From Paraphysomonas bandaiensis (Eukaryota; Protista; Chrysophyceae), in contig CBFFRP010000655.1 in the NCBI GenBank assembly GCA_965644295.1, positions 1 through 64,000 on the forward strand: DNA of 64,000 bases, written 5' to 3'. Made by a program: the position numbers and the translations under genes. Below are positions 13,261 through 27,043 of the stretch, one piece after another (position 1 is the stretch's first letter; the number at the start of each line of letters is the position of its first letter). The notes beneath the pieces were generated by a model. The model was not told where the DNA came from. It made no database searches and was given only the letters and a program-made list of their open reading frames with translations.

Positions 13261-13737
13261 TAGCACTGGCATGGGTTAATCGTGGCGTATAGAAAAGTGA
13301 TAATACAACAAGGAGCCTTTGAGTCTACAATGCTTACATGTATCATCACATTTATGTACGTATTCAAAAACTAGTAGGCGCTATTTCCTATCAAAGTATT
13401 CATCTCTGGTTGTGAATAAACTTGTTGTACCTATTATTGAATTTGGGAATATATTGTTTCAATTATTTAATCTTGATTATACTGATCATCTAGAGTACAG
13501 TTGTCATTCCCTTATAATGTAAAATTACCATTGGTTTGAAACAATAATTTAATTTCTCATTTGTTTTATTAATGTTAGTCACAGAGCATCTATTTAATAT
13601 TACAATAACTATATGCACATATTGTCTCTGTTAGAGACTAAATTCTGTCGTAATTATACTATTGACAGTCATGTATATTTAAGTTTATTATATATTACAT
13701 AATTTTAGGGAGAATCCAACATTTAAGAGCAGATCAA

Positions 13738-14206
13738 TAGTGAATGTCTTACTATTAGCAATAGGCGTTGATAAGGTAATGCTTAACTATGATATACTCT
13801 TATTTATGGCTCCGAAAGCTGCTTATGCATCAGCGCAAACACTAAGGTGCAATAACGTTTACTCGAAACTAACGTAGTGAGCAAACAGAATGTTGATATA
13901 CCTGATGTCTGGTAACTTCAATACTTGAGAGTCCATAACATAATATATATATGTAGTCAGTGACTTTTTTTGCTGTAGAACTGAAGTAATATGTAAGAAA
14001 GTAGTAAAAAAATATTATAAATAATATTCTTCACACTATTAAAATACATTCATATTTGAATCCCTTGTACCACACCAACACTCGACTAAATGAGTGGGTA
14101 CAAAATTAGCTGCTGATATGCGGCTCATATTAGTTTCCCGGAGAAATATCTCCGGTACGTATCCCCCAGAACACCACGAAGGTGCGAGTCCGACTTTTTG
14201 TTGAGG
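13738..14206 (-). mobile_element. Dispersed repeat, segments B+A in reverse orientation (decayed)
   Basis: Reverse complement of 14058-14206 matches 25832-25970; reverse complement of 13738-13860 matches parts of 26130-26320. Confidence 0.8.
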
Positions 14207-14254
14207 AGAAGCAGATCATCAAAACTCCAAGTTGTATTCACCCTTCGTCTGATG

Positions 14255-14350
14255 TAGATGATCAGAATGATGACAGTGCAAGTGATAGATCTTCATAACC
14301 AGAATTTCGAAACTATAGTTCAAGAATATTACTGGAGCGTTCATATGTCA
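14255..14350 (+). repeat. Dispersed repeat, segment C (decayed, possibly coding)
   Basis: gatgacagtgcaagtgat...tattactggag.gttcatatgtca shared with 33263-33360. Confidence 0.8.
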
Positions 14351-14470
14351 TATATAATATCATCTAATGCTGAAGGTGATTCGGTGTAGTGGCACCCAGA
14401 TCTTTCAGGCTTAGGATCATGTTGTGCTTATATTTTCTTTTTTCAACAAGATCTAATCGTATCTAACAAA

Positions 14471-14805
14471 GTGATTGTTGAGTTCTGCTGTTGGAGCAAT
14501 TAAAAGCTGTAACTATCACTCGCTACCATGTCAAGATATGACACAATTGGATGATTACTAAGTTAACTGGACGTGTATTCACTCATTAATCAAGTTAAGA
14601 TAAGAGAAGATTATAATAAATATAATAAGCAATATATCACGTTATCTCTACTACCACTCATTTCTAGTACGATCTTACATCGTCATGATATCACTTCTCA
14701 TAATACAGCTCATCACTACTGTATTCTTCGACTAACGGTCATAATTCCAACACCTTAGAATTACAGCTTTTAATTGCTCAAACAGCAAAACTCAACAGTG
14801 ATCAC
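14471..14805. mobile_element. MITE-like element with ~42-bp terminal inverted repeats
   Basis: gtgattgttgagttctgctgttggagcaattaaaagctgtaa (14471-14512) versus ttacagcttttaattgctcaaacagcaaaactcaacagtgatcac (14761-14805). Confidence 0.7.
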
Positions 14806-15084
14806 AATCAACATTGAGAGCAAAGACATCATACAAGTACTCCAACAAATCAGTTGTGGCAGCCTAGTGTAATATTTGGCTATTGAGGATTTCTTATATT
14901 GACGAATCGTGGCCCCAATAGGTACACAACTACAAATATATTCCGGTCACAGAATATAAGTTAATATTTTAAATAATAAGAAAACAACTTGTATACACAA
15001 ATGCTACGACGCTAGTATACTCCACTGATATATATTGAATAAACAAAAGTAGAATGCTACATAAAAAGAAATACAACATAAGAG

Positions 15085-17713
15085 TTAAAGCAAGATCAAG
15101 ATAGCTAGCAGGTGGGACAAAATAGTAACCACAAGTGAAATACCGTGTGCTACAGAGATCCCTGCGGATGACATATGATCATTATTCGACAGGTCATCTG
15201 TACTCTCATAGTAGACCCCAACTACTTTTCCAGCTGTGCTCGTTAATACGAGGCTTACCATCTGGTGAGTATGTTCTACGAATAATCCAGCAGACAACGT
15301 TATGTTATAGGTTCCACATGGAGGATCAGATATGTGTATCATCTCCGCGTTATTTATATCATCACTTTCAGGCCCATTGTTTCCAAACCACATATTCTCG
15401 GACGCATTCATCCCGCGCACTGTTAGGTCAATGTCATTTAGAAGTTGTTTCCCAGCAGCCACAATATTGGGTGGGTCCATCCTACAAAAATATTAGATTC
15501 AGATGAGCATTTCTGAACGCTTATGTACCACGATATTGTCGCCTTGAGATACCCCAACTCACGTAGGGACGAGATATTCACCACGAGAGTTACATTGCAG
15601 CCGGAGCATAATAAGAAATCCTCCACATATAGATCGAAGTTATCACTCACCCCTTCCAGCAACAAAACAGTGCTGAGGTCTATTCGGCCAAACCCCTGCT
15701 CATACCCAGGATATCCGTACCCACCTTACATAATCCATTAAACAGTATCAACATAAGCACCACGTTCACCTCCAATATCTTGGCCGGAGTGAAGCAGCAT
15801 TGTTTTCACTAGGCTACCGGACGGCTTAAATCCTTCGTCAATGCAGCAACAGAAACGGTACTCAGGGTCGCAGTTTTTTTGCCAGAAGGAAGGGTCCGTG
15901 AAGTATTGTGACACGAGCGCTCCTGCTCCAGCGACCGCAGGGGTAGCCATGGAAGTTCCGCTTTTGGTCACAAGTCCACAAGAATGGGAAGCACTAGATC
16001 CGGCAGATTTAATAGATCTTCCCTGGGCCAGAACATCAACTCCGAGTCTCCCATCGTACGCAGGCCCCCTCCCGCTGAAGTACGCCAGCGAGTTTCCTCC
16101 CTCCCCTTCACCTGTATACAAGACACTGTATCAATCGCAGAAAGGTAGTTGACACTAAACTCACCAGACCCTGTAGCACCAACACTTATTGCATTCTTCG
16201 ATTGCGCCGGAGCCATCACAGTCCTAGCGTTCGGTCCATTATTCCCCGCCGCAAAAAATGAGAGAAATAATGGGTTCTCGTATTGATACTTATCCGCATC
16301 TCGACAATAGGAATCGTAGGAATATATATTGTTCACCCAACTGTTGGAGTGGAGAGTGGCATTGGCGGAGGAGGCCACGGGAAAGACAGTGCTATATAAA
16401 GCAGGGACATCCAAGTAGTTCCAATTAGGACGTGATACATCAAAAAATGCGATTTTTGTACCAGTGGCCACTCCATTGTACGAATCATACGTTGACGAAA
16501 TAGTTGGGTCCACACTTCCAGCGAGTGTACCGAACACATGTGTCCCATGCCCGGAAATTGAGTCCGATCCATCCCCATGAGCTACGTATTGCACGACCTT
16601 GCGTCTTGAGGGGTCCGAAAGCGGGTTCACGACTGTGCTGCGCTGAACTGCTGCTCCGTCCTCGTCACTGAAGAAGCAGCTACTTGTGTCTATGCCTGTA
16701 TCTGCCCCACCAACCACAACCCCTCTTCCGTCAAGGCCATGAGAGGAGTAAATATCCCCACCGCGAAGAGAACCGCTTTGCACGCCTTGAGACGAATAAT
16801 AGTTGCACGTAGTTGCTTGACCTGCTAGAGATACATACCCAACACCAAAGCTAAGGAGTGCAGCCACCAGCCCCGTGACGCAGTCTCCTCTTGCACTAGG
16901 ACTTAGGGGAATTTTAACGGACGATGACCCATACGCTAGCAATTCCAATCCACTAAAATCACAAAGCTCACGTAAGCTAAGTTTACTCTGTACTATCAGC
17001 GAATTTCGAGCTGCCGAAACCACATTATCGCCTACACCTTTCACATTGGAAAAAGCACAGAGCTTCGAACCATCAAAGTCTGACACATGAGCTCCGCGGC
17101 AACCCTCCAAAACTTGGTACACACTTTTCTCTTCGATCTTAGGGATCTTGTATGAGGAACTCAACGATGAAATTTCCAATTCAAAGTGCTTGTTGAAGAC
17201 ATTGTTTAGGTTATTCAAACTCCGAATACTATCCAATAATCGAGTATCTATAAACAATACGAGTGGAATGGGACAAAAAATAAAAAACTCCGGAAATTGA
17301 AGTTTAAAATCTTGTTGGATATCTTTCAGGGTCACAGTAGAGTCTTTCAGTGTATTCGTTGTATTGATAGGATTCAGTATGAAGCAAACACAGTCATATC
17401 TGTCTGTACGTGATGTGTATATAGTGATAGTATTCTGCCCCCCATACATATGAAGAGCCCTCTGATACGCCGTTCTTCCCAATTCATATGAAGAACATCC
17501 CATGAAGCGTACAGCACTATGAAAGGGTGATGACAGCTCGTCATTTATAGCGGAAGAGAAGGTCTCTATAGTGTTATAGTGATACTCGATAGCATCTCTA
17601 CCAAGTGATAGTTTAAAGTACTTGTATTCGAGTGATGTAGACGCCACTTGTATACACTGAATACAGAGGAATAATAAGATGAATATGATGTGTTTACAAT
17701 GAACTTCACGCAT
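15085..17713 (-). CDS. Subtilisin-like serine protease (S8, KP-43-like) with signal peptide and C-terminal hydrophobic anchor
   Basis: Triad motifs ADTGID, GHGTHV, SGTSMATP; oxyanion AAGNNG; QGFGRI; W.DPP..LLNDIDL C-domain; hydrophobic termini. Confidence 0.93.
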
Positions 17714-18040
17714 GAGTGTATATGTATGTGTATGTGAGAGGGGTGTGTGTAGTTATGCCTCGAACACTCTGATGGTGTGTATATATCCTATACAGGTATA
17801 TACATATATGAGAATAGAGATGAGAGAGAAGACAACCACACGATAAGAACACTTCCAGACTTCACTTCATTGAAGTGAACTTCGACACAACTTAACAGAT
17901 AGACCTCTACAGGTACACCTGTATCTAAAGGCATACTCATCTACAGGTACAGAACGTATCTACAGGTATGTATGTATGTACAGTATGTATTATGTATGTA
18001 TGTGTGTACAGTACGTATCTACAGGTATGTACAGCAGTAC

Positions 18041-18193
18041 GTATGTATGTATGTATGTATGTATGTATGTATGTATGTATGTATGTATGTATGTATGTAT
18101 GTATGTATGTATGTATGTATGTATGTATGTATGTATGTATGTATGTATGTATGTATGTATGTATGTATGTATGTATGTATGTATGTATGTATG
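18041..18193. repeat. (GTAT)n microsatellite, ~38 units
   Basis: Pure tetranucleotide run, flanked by repeated tctacaggta motifs. Confidence 0.98.
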
Positions 18194-18440
18194 TACAGGG
18201 ACTGTAGGTATCTACAGGTATGTACAGCAGTACATATGTGGGACTGTAGGTATCTACAGGTATGTATGTATGTGATACCTATATATGTATGTATATACAG
18301 GCATACCGTGTGTGGGTATGTATGGTATGGGTATGGGGTATATGTATGTATGTTCCCATCCCGCCTGTCTCCATATTGCTCATACCTTAACACTATTTCT
18401 AGTTGACCCATAAGAATATATAGGCAACTAACACTAAAAT

Positions 18441-20190
18441 ATGCTCTACCTTCCTATTTTACTGGCTCTCAGCCCTCTTGTCTGGGGATCAATTGATTTT
18501 TCCCTCAAGGGTCACGGTGTACAGAGGCTTAGAAACCTTCATAAGAAGCGTCTCTATGAGCCCACTACATGTGAGAACGTTGAAATGTTTTGGTATACAG
18601 ATGCTGTTATTGATAACTTTGCCCCTGTGAATAATCAACGTCACTGGGAGGGGAATGGTCAGAGATACTGGGTTAACAAGGAGTTCTGGGGTAATTCATA
18701 TGGACTCTAATTAATAAACAAACTAATTGCTGTTAGGTGGCCCTGGCTACCCTATGTTTGTGTTTATTGGAGGAGAAGGCGAGGAGTCTTGTTCAAGACT
18801 CACATCCAGGGTTAGTAAGTTAGTTTTTTGTGAAAGAGTCCTTATTTTTATGTCATAGATGTACATGTACGACTTGGCTCAACAGCACAAAGCTATTATG
18901 GTCAACGTTGAACACCGATTCTATGGAGAGAGCTACCCTACTGCTGACATGAGCACTGAAAATCTTGCATATTTGTCATCACAGCAGGGTCTTGCCGGTA
19001 TGTTGAAGGACTGATGATTAGTAGTATGTCTAATGTATGTCCTGTTTCTGTTTGTGCAGACTTGGCCCGCATTATCCCCCATGTCAAGAAGCAGTACAAC
19101 ACTGAATCGAGCACCGTAGTTACTGTCGGTGGATCCTATCCGGGCAACATGGCTGCTTGGTTTAAGCTGAAGTATCCTCATGTGAGTTGGTTTGAATGTG
19201 TTGGTACGTCAGTTACAATTGTCTAGGTGACTGCCGGGTCCATTGCCTCATCCGCTCCCCTCATTGCCAAGGCCAATTTTGAGGAGTACATGGAAGTTGT
19301 TGGAGATGCTCTGGTTTACTTTTCAGGACAGCAGTGCTTTGATGCCTTTACGGCAGCTGCTGAGGATGTTGCTAAACTTTCTAGCCAGGGCCCCGGGTCG
19401 GAGGGTTATTCCCAGCTGGAAAAGGATTTTAAGACATGCTCACCTATGCAGAGCACTCGCGATCTTGCTATTCTACTTTCGGACCTTATGGGCAACATTC
19501 AGGGCACTGTGCAGTATAACAACGAGCACAATGGTGTCATGAACGTGACGGACATTTGTGCCACCATGCTGACCCCCGGCAAATCTCCTTATGACAACTT
19601 CGTTGCTTTGAGCGCAGACTTCCTTGCTTCCTGCGGACTTGAATGTGAAGACGCCTCTTGGAAGGATACTATCGCATATCTATCTGCCATTCAAAAGGAT
19701 CCTGACAATAATGGGCGACCATGGACTTACCAGACATGCAATGAGTTTGGTTATTATCAGACAACTGACTCCAAGAACCAGCCATTCCACAGCTGGACAG
19801 AACTCAACATGGACTTCTATCGCGATATGTGTTATGAGTCTTTTGATGGTTGGAAGTCAGATCCCCAGACGGAGTGGATGAACGAGGTGTACGGTGATAT
19901 TCACATTGATGGTACTGATATCATCTTCCCGGCAGGTGCGCTACACCCATCATTATATATATGTCATGTCATAATACTGCGCCTATTTTACATCAGGCAC
20001 GATTGACCCTTGGCACGCTCTTGGCATAACCAACAGTACCCCTCCTCTTCCTCAGCCCACCGAGAAGGAACTCTACATTCTTGGTACTGCCCATTGCAAC
20101 GATCTTTACGCCCCGGCTAACTCAGATCCCCAATCTCTTACTGATGCTCGGGCAGTTATCGCTGATCAGGTTGCCTTGTGGGTCGCTTAG
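18441..20190 (+). CDS. Serine carboxypeptidase S28 family (PRCP/TSSP-like), secreted
   Basis: Signal peptide; QRYWVN..GGPG.PMFVFIGGEG; VEHRFYGESYP; LSSQQGLAD; GGSYPG; IASSAP; WTYQTCNEFGYYQT; IDPWH; GTAHCND. Confidence 0.95.
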
Positions 20191-20910
20191 AAACTCTTGG
20201 AAAGAGTTAAATGTGTATGGTAGTATATAATTGCCAATGTTAGATTCTATGGATAGCGAGAATATTCATATTGTTAGCTGTCTGTCGGCTCTTGCTGCGC
20301 AAGATAAATACCGTATTGGTTATCAGCCCTAAGCACGCACTGTGAGCGAATCATATCTGGCGGGTAATATAATAATGTAAAGCCGTTGTTATACATGTTA
20401 CACGCACGCCTAGCTAGCTCGGGTGGAGGGTGGAGGGTGGACACTCACCACCACTCCGAAGTTTTTCAAAAGCATTTTGCGAATAAATGCAATATAAATA
20501 ACGGGAAACGTGCGATAGTTTGCTGGAACTATGAAATAACTGAATGTCTAGCATTACACAGGGTAAAATAACACGCTTCTCTTAGTCTTATTGTCATTGT
20601 ACAGAATACATCATTAATTTATTTGGCTCCATCACATGTAATACGTAATACACAATACTCGGTTACAGTCGTTGATAGAATTAAAGGAAAAATAGTGTGT
20701 GTTCATTTTTATCTTGCAATTTGGCTGTATAAGAGTTAAAGTTTACTGCAGATTAATTATAAATTATAATAGTATAATCTATGGCTCGAGGGTATAGAGT
20801 ATAAAGAAGTGCAAAACGAGCAAAACCCATAATCAAAACAGGAGAATTACCAATGTTTACACACATACTGCGTACGAATGAGGTACATACGTTTAAATCA
20901 ATGTTATTTT

Positions 20911-22279
20911 TCATCTTCTATCATCCCCTCTTCTCCCACTCCAATTATCTCTGCTCCTGCTGTTTCTATCTCTTGATCTGCTGTGTTTTCTATACCTTCG
21001 ATATTCTCTCTCTCTATCATTCTCCCTAGACCTATCACTACGCCTCCTGCTTCGCTCTCTGCTCCTTTTTCGGCTCCTTCCCACGCTCCTTTCTCTGGAC
21101 CGGTATCTACTACTGCCTTCCCGTTCTCGATCCCTAGACCTGTCTCTTCCATTTTTTCTATAGCTTCCCCTCTCTGATGATGTCTCCTCACTCTTCCCTC
21201 GATCCCCATCATCCACTAGATTAGTAGAAGAACGCGTGTCTTCAGAGAGACCTTTTTCTAGTGAGTCTTCAATGGCTGCCTCCGTATTGAGATCATCGGA
21301 GATATATTCTGCTTCACAGAGGGGTTCAATCCATTCCAACTGCCGAATATATACATCACAATAATACAACGTATGACGGAACTATAGAACCTTAGGTAAA
21401 CTATATAGTTTTTGTATTTCACTCCCAATCTGTTTTATCGTAGAAAGATCCGCATCAAAAATCTGCCACCATTCTGTCCCTTCTTCTGTTGGTAGTCCTA
21501 CATTCAAGTCAATCGCTGAAAGTCTCACGGCAGCACAGGCCAATAGATGAGATCCAAATCGAAGGGATAAGTCCGTACGCATGCTATCATTCAGATATCC
21601 CCAGGCGCGTTGTGCCAGATCCTCCGAGCCGTTCAGAACACGAATATAATACAGGAGATATTTATGGGGGTGATCGATGATATTATAAAAAGAGAAGCCG
21701 AGTTCTTTCAGAATAATTCGTTCGACTGCAATCAATTCTGCTCGGACAAATATTATAATTAAGAAACTTTAACACTGTTAGCATACCATTCTTCCACATT
21801 GTATATCTCTCCCCCCCAATTTCAAAGGAAAGTCGACGAAGTTTTCGCCTCGACATATATATGTGGTTGTACACTATGAGAATCTGTACACAGTGAGACA
21901 TGCTCTGAAGTATATAACAATTCACACACCTCACGAAGAACTTTAGGAGACTCTTCAACTTTAGACGCAAGTAATAAACATCCCATTGCAACAGTGAATA
22001 CATCATACCGATTCAATGATTTTCTGTTATGAATATGAGCATTATATAGATATGTATGTATGTATGTATGAATTACCTGAAATAAAATCTCTGTAATAAA
22101 TTTTGTGCTGTTGTAATAACAACTTGAGACAACTGTAACATAATTCCTCCTTCTTGAATTAATTCACTTCCAAATACTCTGTGTATGTATTCAACATCAG
22201 CAGTGATCCCATCAGTGAGTGATGGCGATGGAGATGATAATATATCCACAGGAAGTAATCCATTACCAGTTTGATACAT
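20911..22279 (-). CDS. CCNL1: Cyclin L with C-terminal RS domain
   Basis: PSLTDG..E..HRVFGSELIQEGGIML.L.QVV..TAQNLLQRFYF; LLASKVEE; ERIILKELGF; HPHKY; AWGYLNDSMRT; RS-rich tail. Confidence 0.9.
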
Positions 22280-23652
22280 ATGGAACGATATGATAACTTA
22301 AAATAGATAGAAAATATCAATTCTTACTTCAGGTAACATATAGAGAGGTATGTGTGCAGTGCTGATATATATATGTATGCACAGCCAGCTCTCTTAACTG
22401 CATGGACCACAACTGCTGCTGTATATGCATATACATGCAGAGTGTAGCAGTATAATGCTGATTTCCATATATAAAATAATGGAAATATAGAAAAGTCCAA
22501 TTTTATTTATTTTCATACTAAAAAACCACGAAAAGGATAATGAAATCTAAATATCTAGATATCTTTATCATGCATGTGGTGGCGGATATTAAGTATTGAA
22601 ATGCATAGTACTTAATCTTGTTTCAAAAGTAACTTGATAGATGAAGACTGGAGCTTGGAAGCTGTGACATGTCGTTAGGTGTCAGTTGAGAGAATCGTCG
22701 AGTGATCTGTAGCTCCTCTTCATATATAGCAACGAGTATTCACATCACTACTACTGCTTTTTTTGTATGTTTTCAACTCATCTTACGGAAGGATCAGCAG
22801 AGTGATTGCATGCTCGCCTTCAGTCGTACAGTGCATATCATTTCTTCTTTTAATTCAATGCAGAAATATTTATGTTAAAAATAGAGTAATCAACTTTCTC
22901 TTACTGCAATCAAATTTTTGTAATTGTTTTCTTAGTTGCAAATCATTAACATAGGATAGAACTGCACTGTTAGTTGGAATATATAATATTCGAACCATTC
23001 TACTTTCACCTTCCCCGTTGCATTCAGTACGTCTATAGTGGACTCTTTATTTAATTTAAATGATGTGCAAATGCCACAACCCTCATAGCCTGTTAGAATG
23101 CATGTAGTAGTGCTGAAATGCAACATATGACTGCAACAAGGTGTCGAATATATACCAATTGCACCTGCTACAAACACTTATATGTACGGCCTGAATTTTC
23201 ATCGAACAAGAGTGGCGGCTATAACAACAAGAGCAAATCGCTTATTCAAAGGATGAAAGAACGCTTAGATTAATACACTAAATCAAGGAATGTGCATGTC
23301 AGTATGTTACTAGCAGCACAGATCTTCAGTCTTCGTACAACTACAAGATGTAAATCACCAATAAAGAGTGTGTAACACATCACCATGACATATATATATC
23401 CCAATTTCGTTTAGCTACATATATATATAACACACGTTGTCATCTGTATCTATATATCGCTGGGGCGAAAAATGTACCCCTTAAGAAAGCAGTGAAGGTA
23501 CATCCACCATTATCACTTCCAAACGTCATCTACTCCCCGTTAGAAATCTATGTCTAAACCTCCAAGACAAAGGCTTATTCGATGGGTATAGTGAGTTTTC
23601 AGCACTGGTAACAACCGTGAGGTAAATCCTTTAACAGAAGGAAGTCGCTATC

Positions 23653-25116
23653 TCAGCTAGGTCTTTTCCACGTTGTTTCCTGCGTTATTTCATTGTGGTA
23701 GTATACCTGATTGATTAAGTTTAAGTTGCTAGCTACGAAATTCTGTCACTGACCTCTTTATCAGCGCAACGCTTCTCTACCCACCCTTCAGGCAGAGGTT
23801 TTGAACCACGGAGAGTGCCGCCCTTTTCTTCTGGACTTGTTTTGTGCTTATTTTTTCTTTTCTTCTTCCCGATATTTTTTCCTTCATCATCGTCTCCTTC
23901 TGATGTAGATCCTATTTTTACTCCTGACTTATTGAAGATAGACACCTTCCGATCAAACACAGATGATTTACGTAATCCTGTCTTTACATCGTGCCTCAAA
24001 TCTGGCTTTGCGATCATAGTCAAGCTCTTGCGCCTGCGCCTTCTTCTGGGCAAGTCCAACACTTCAGAAAGTTCAGGCACCCCAATGTTTGAACTCTCAG
24101 ATTCACTAGTGGTAGAATTTTTCGCTGCTGTGGTAATACGCAGGTTACAGTGACGCAATATTAGTCAACCGACAGCAGAAACAACAGAAATGTGACGTAC
24201 TACTACCAACATCATACAATCATACAATAAAATAAATATTTGCTAATATATTCAGACATAACTGACCACTGGCTTCCTTCAAATCTGCAAAATCGCCACT
24301 CGCATAAGCTCCTGCTCTACTCGGGTTGGTGTATATTCGTTTTTGCAGTAACTCTAATAAGGTGCTCTTTCGCTTAGCAGTGACGTGCTTCTTCCTGGAA
24401 TTGGCTGCATTAACCTGTCGCAAGGTTTTAAGATGCTTGATGCGAATTTCTTCAACAGTTTTCTGCAGGACAGCGATAGAGCTCATTTCGCTGTACATAG
24501 AATGATTCGCCCTGGTTGCTGTGAGAGCCATCCAGAAATGTTCACCTATGATTCTACGCCTAAGCTGTCCCTGGAGTTCATTCACGGGGATAATCATAGT
24601 AGGATGACTTTTAGCGAGGGCAATAAACTTTTTCTGTGAGTAGGTATCTGTACTCGTTTGGAGGTTCGATTGCAGATGTATTAGCACTCGCTGGCGAAGT
24701 GATTTCTTTGTATGTATGGCATTCATTAATTCTATCACCTCCTGAGCCTCAATGTAACCACACTTTCGACGGTCATAGAGGTAAAACACTAATGTACTAA
24801 TGAGAGATTTCTGAACAGTTAAAAAGTTCCAAATCGCGATTACATATTCAAGAAAGTTTAAATAGCCGCCCTTTTGAACCCCAAACAGACCAAACAGAAA
24901 CATGTTAAAACTCGTCATCTCTATTTTGAAATAATTTAAGAATTCATCCATTCTAATGGTATTTGTACTGTTTGAATCCATGTCAGAGAAGGCAGTGAAT
25001 AAGGTGTCCATTGTATCCTTTGTCATGCCCAGTGTATACAGCAATGAGGCTGATTCCTGAGAGCGTCCGAATATAAGATCATCAGTGGTAAACTCTATGG
25101 ATAGAGAACAACCCAT
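23653..25116 (-). CDS. EF-hand Ca2+-binding protein with MGC N-terminus and C-terminal WW domain (3 exons)
   Basis: DMDSNSTNTIRMDEF and LYDRRKCGYIEAQEV EF-like loops; spliced LPEGWVEKRCADKE|VYYHNEITQETTWKRPS* is a WW domain. Confidence 0.8.
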
Positions 25117-25831
25117 TTGCTTGAGTGGTTATGAAGATATCAGCCCAGCTGAACGTAATTCTATGTGTGGACTTCTCTCTGTATGTATGATATCAGTTAC
25201 TGGTATGTATGTATGGCAGATGTCGTACACGTTCTTTCCTCTGTACATATACAACATAGACGTCCAGGAATGTACCGCTGTATATGTGTACCGGTATATT
25301 TAGTCGTGTACTTATACACTATACTGTGGCAGTGTACACGGTGTGGGCTGGGGGGCTGCGATTGCAATAGATATGGATCCAGATATGCATGTGTCCACTC
25401 TAGCACTTGCAGTTAATCCAACCTATACTCATACATACATGGATAAATCGAGTCAGTAAGGATTTAGATCAGTAGCAGATGCTATATTAGGAAGTTTTTC
25501 AGTGGTCATTATACGTCGTACTCTATTGAGACAATTTCACCTCTATCGACAAGTGCATGTGGCTGTTGAGGGCACTATGACACTAGACACTTTACGGTCT
25601 AGTCTATTGTACAGTGTAAGTAGTTGGGCTTGAACATTACTTTGTGTTCATGATTGTGTAAAGTGACCGTTATCTATCACTGTTGTCCCAGTCATGGACT
25701 CAATGTATATGTAGCGTTGTCTATCGTCCAGTACAGTCGATATTTTATATAAATTTCAGTGTCAAAAGTTATATTGTGAATGTCAGGACTATAGATCATG
25801 TCTTCTTTTCTGATTTATATATTGTTATGCT

Positions 25832-26320
25832 CCCTCAACAAAGTCGGACTCGCACCTTTGGGGATAAGTACCGGAGAGATTCTCTCTGGGAAACTAACGT
25901 GAGCCGCAAACATAGTCAGCAGATATTGTTCTGCCCACTCATAGCCGACTGCTTGTGTGGTACAAGGGACACCAATAAGTGTCACTTGTGTAGACGTCTT
26001 TGGGCCCTGACGAATAAACAGGCATCCGGAAATGGGCCCACCACAAGGGCATCCGGGACAGGGCCCACCTCAAGGGTTAATGGGCTGCCTGCTAAAGTCA
26101 AGCATCCGTGTTGTTCACCTTAAGGACTCAGAACGGAAGTGGTTGCACCTTGGTGCTTGCGGCGACGCACAAGCAGCTTTCGTAGCGTTAAATAGTAGGA
26201 TAATAGAGTTTGTACTGATTAGTTACGGGTAGAGGTCTAACAAGGTTGACTAGCAGTCATCTAGCTACTAAATTGGTGCAGGCTTTTAACGCCTATTGCT
26301 AAATAAAAGACTTTCAATAA
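25832..26320 (+). mobile_element. Most complete copy of the dispersed repeat (B, GC-rich spacer, A)
   Basis: Matches 14058-14206 (reverse), 13109-13260 and 33367-33520 (reverse); internal ~27-bp tandem ggcatccgg...gggcccacc.caag. Confidence 0.8.
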
Positions 26321-27043
26321 TATTGTTATGCTCGAAACGAAGTTTTGTCAAGTGTCTTGATAAGATCGCAAGCGGTTAGTAGTCATGAGTACACAATAAA
26401 ATAATATTAATTAAAACTGAAAAAAAGGTACAATGCTGAAATACATATTCAGTCTGCTTTGTGTCAATACGTCAATAGTATTAGCACAGCACTCTACTAG
26501 CACACTAGTACTATAGTTCTTCAACGCTCTCGACAATAGATGCAGCTATTATTGGAATAATATTTCTAATCTGTAGTTACTTATCATTTGTTACTTAATA
26601 CCTTCATATGTTATATATTCCGCTCTATGAAAAAATATATCCTAAAACTATATGTGCACTCGGAATCCGGCGACAACGCCTACAGCTTTCTTGACTAATG
26701 TGGAGACAACTACATCAATATCTATTCGATTTCATACAAGCTAAAGAATGAGAATTTTTCTGTAAACTCCTCACTCTTGAAACCTATGATACATGGACAG
26801 TGAGAGGGTATTGTGTGTCTATGATCATTATTACAGTATCGCAAGTAAACGTCAAGTCCCTCTAATACTCAATATCACGTGAAGACATCACTCTAAACAT
26901 ATTAGTACACAAGTTCTTACACCGCATACTAAATAAATTAATAATACCTACTTATCATAATACACACGCACAAAGTAGACTACAATATATCTAGCTGCTG
27001 GTACATATAACAAAACAACACACCACTTTAATAGAGCCGAAAC

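Noticed and set aside
17968-18411. MYVC/HTYI ORFs (also 2433-2842, 27466-27760, 40590-40872)
   Set aside because: Translations of (GTAT)n and related tracts, which lack stop codons
20904-21212. Overlapping Glu/Gly-rich ORF and antisense ORFs (also 35256-36107, 42660-42941)
   Set aside because: Shadow frames of low-complexity exons of real genes
22560-23450. Possible gene in the gap upstream of cyclin L (ORF 22932-23177)
   Set aside because: No recognisable motif or consistent splice structure
26003-26040. Hammerhead-like CTGACGA...GAAA (also ctgatga...cgaaac at ~33273-33322)
   Set aside because: No stem II pairing and no correctly placed cleavage triplet
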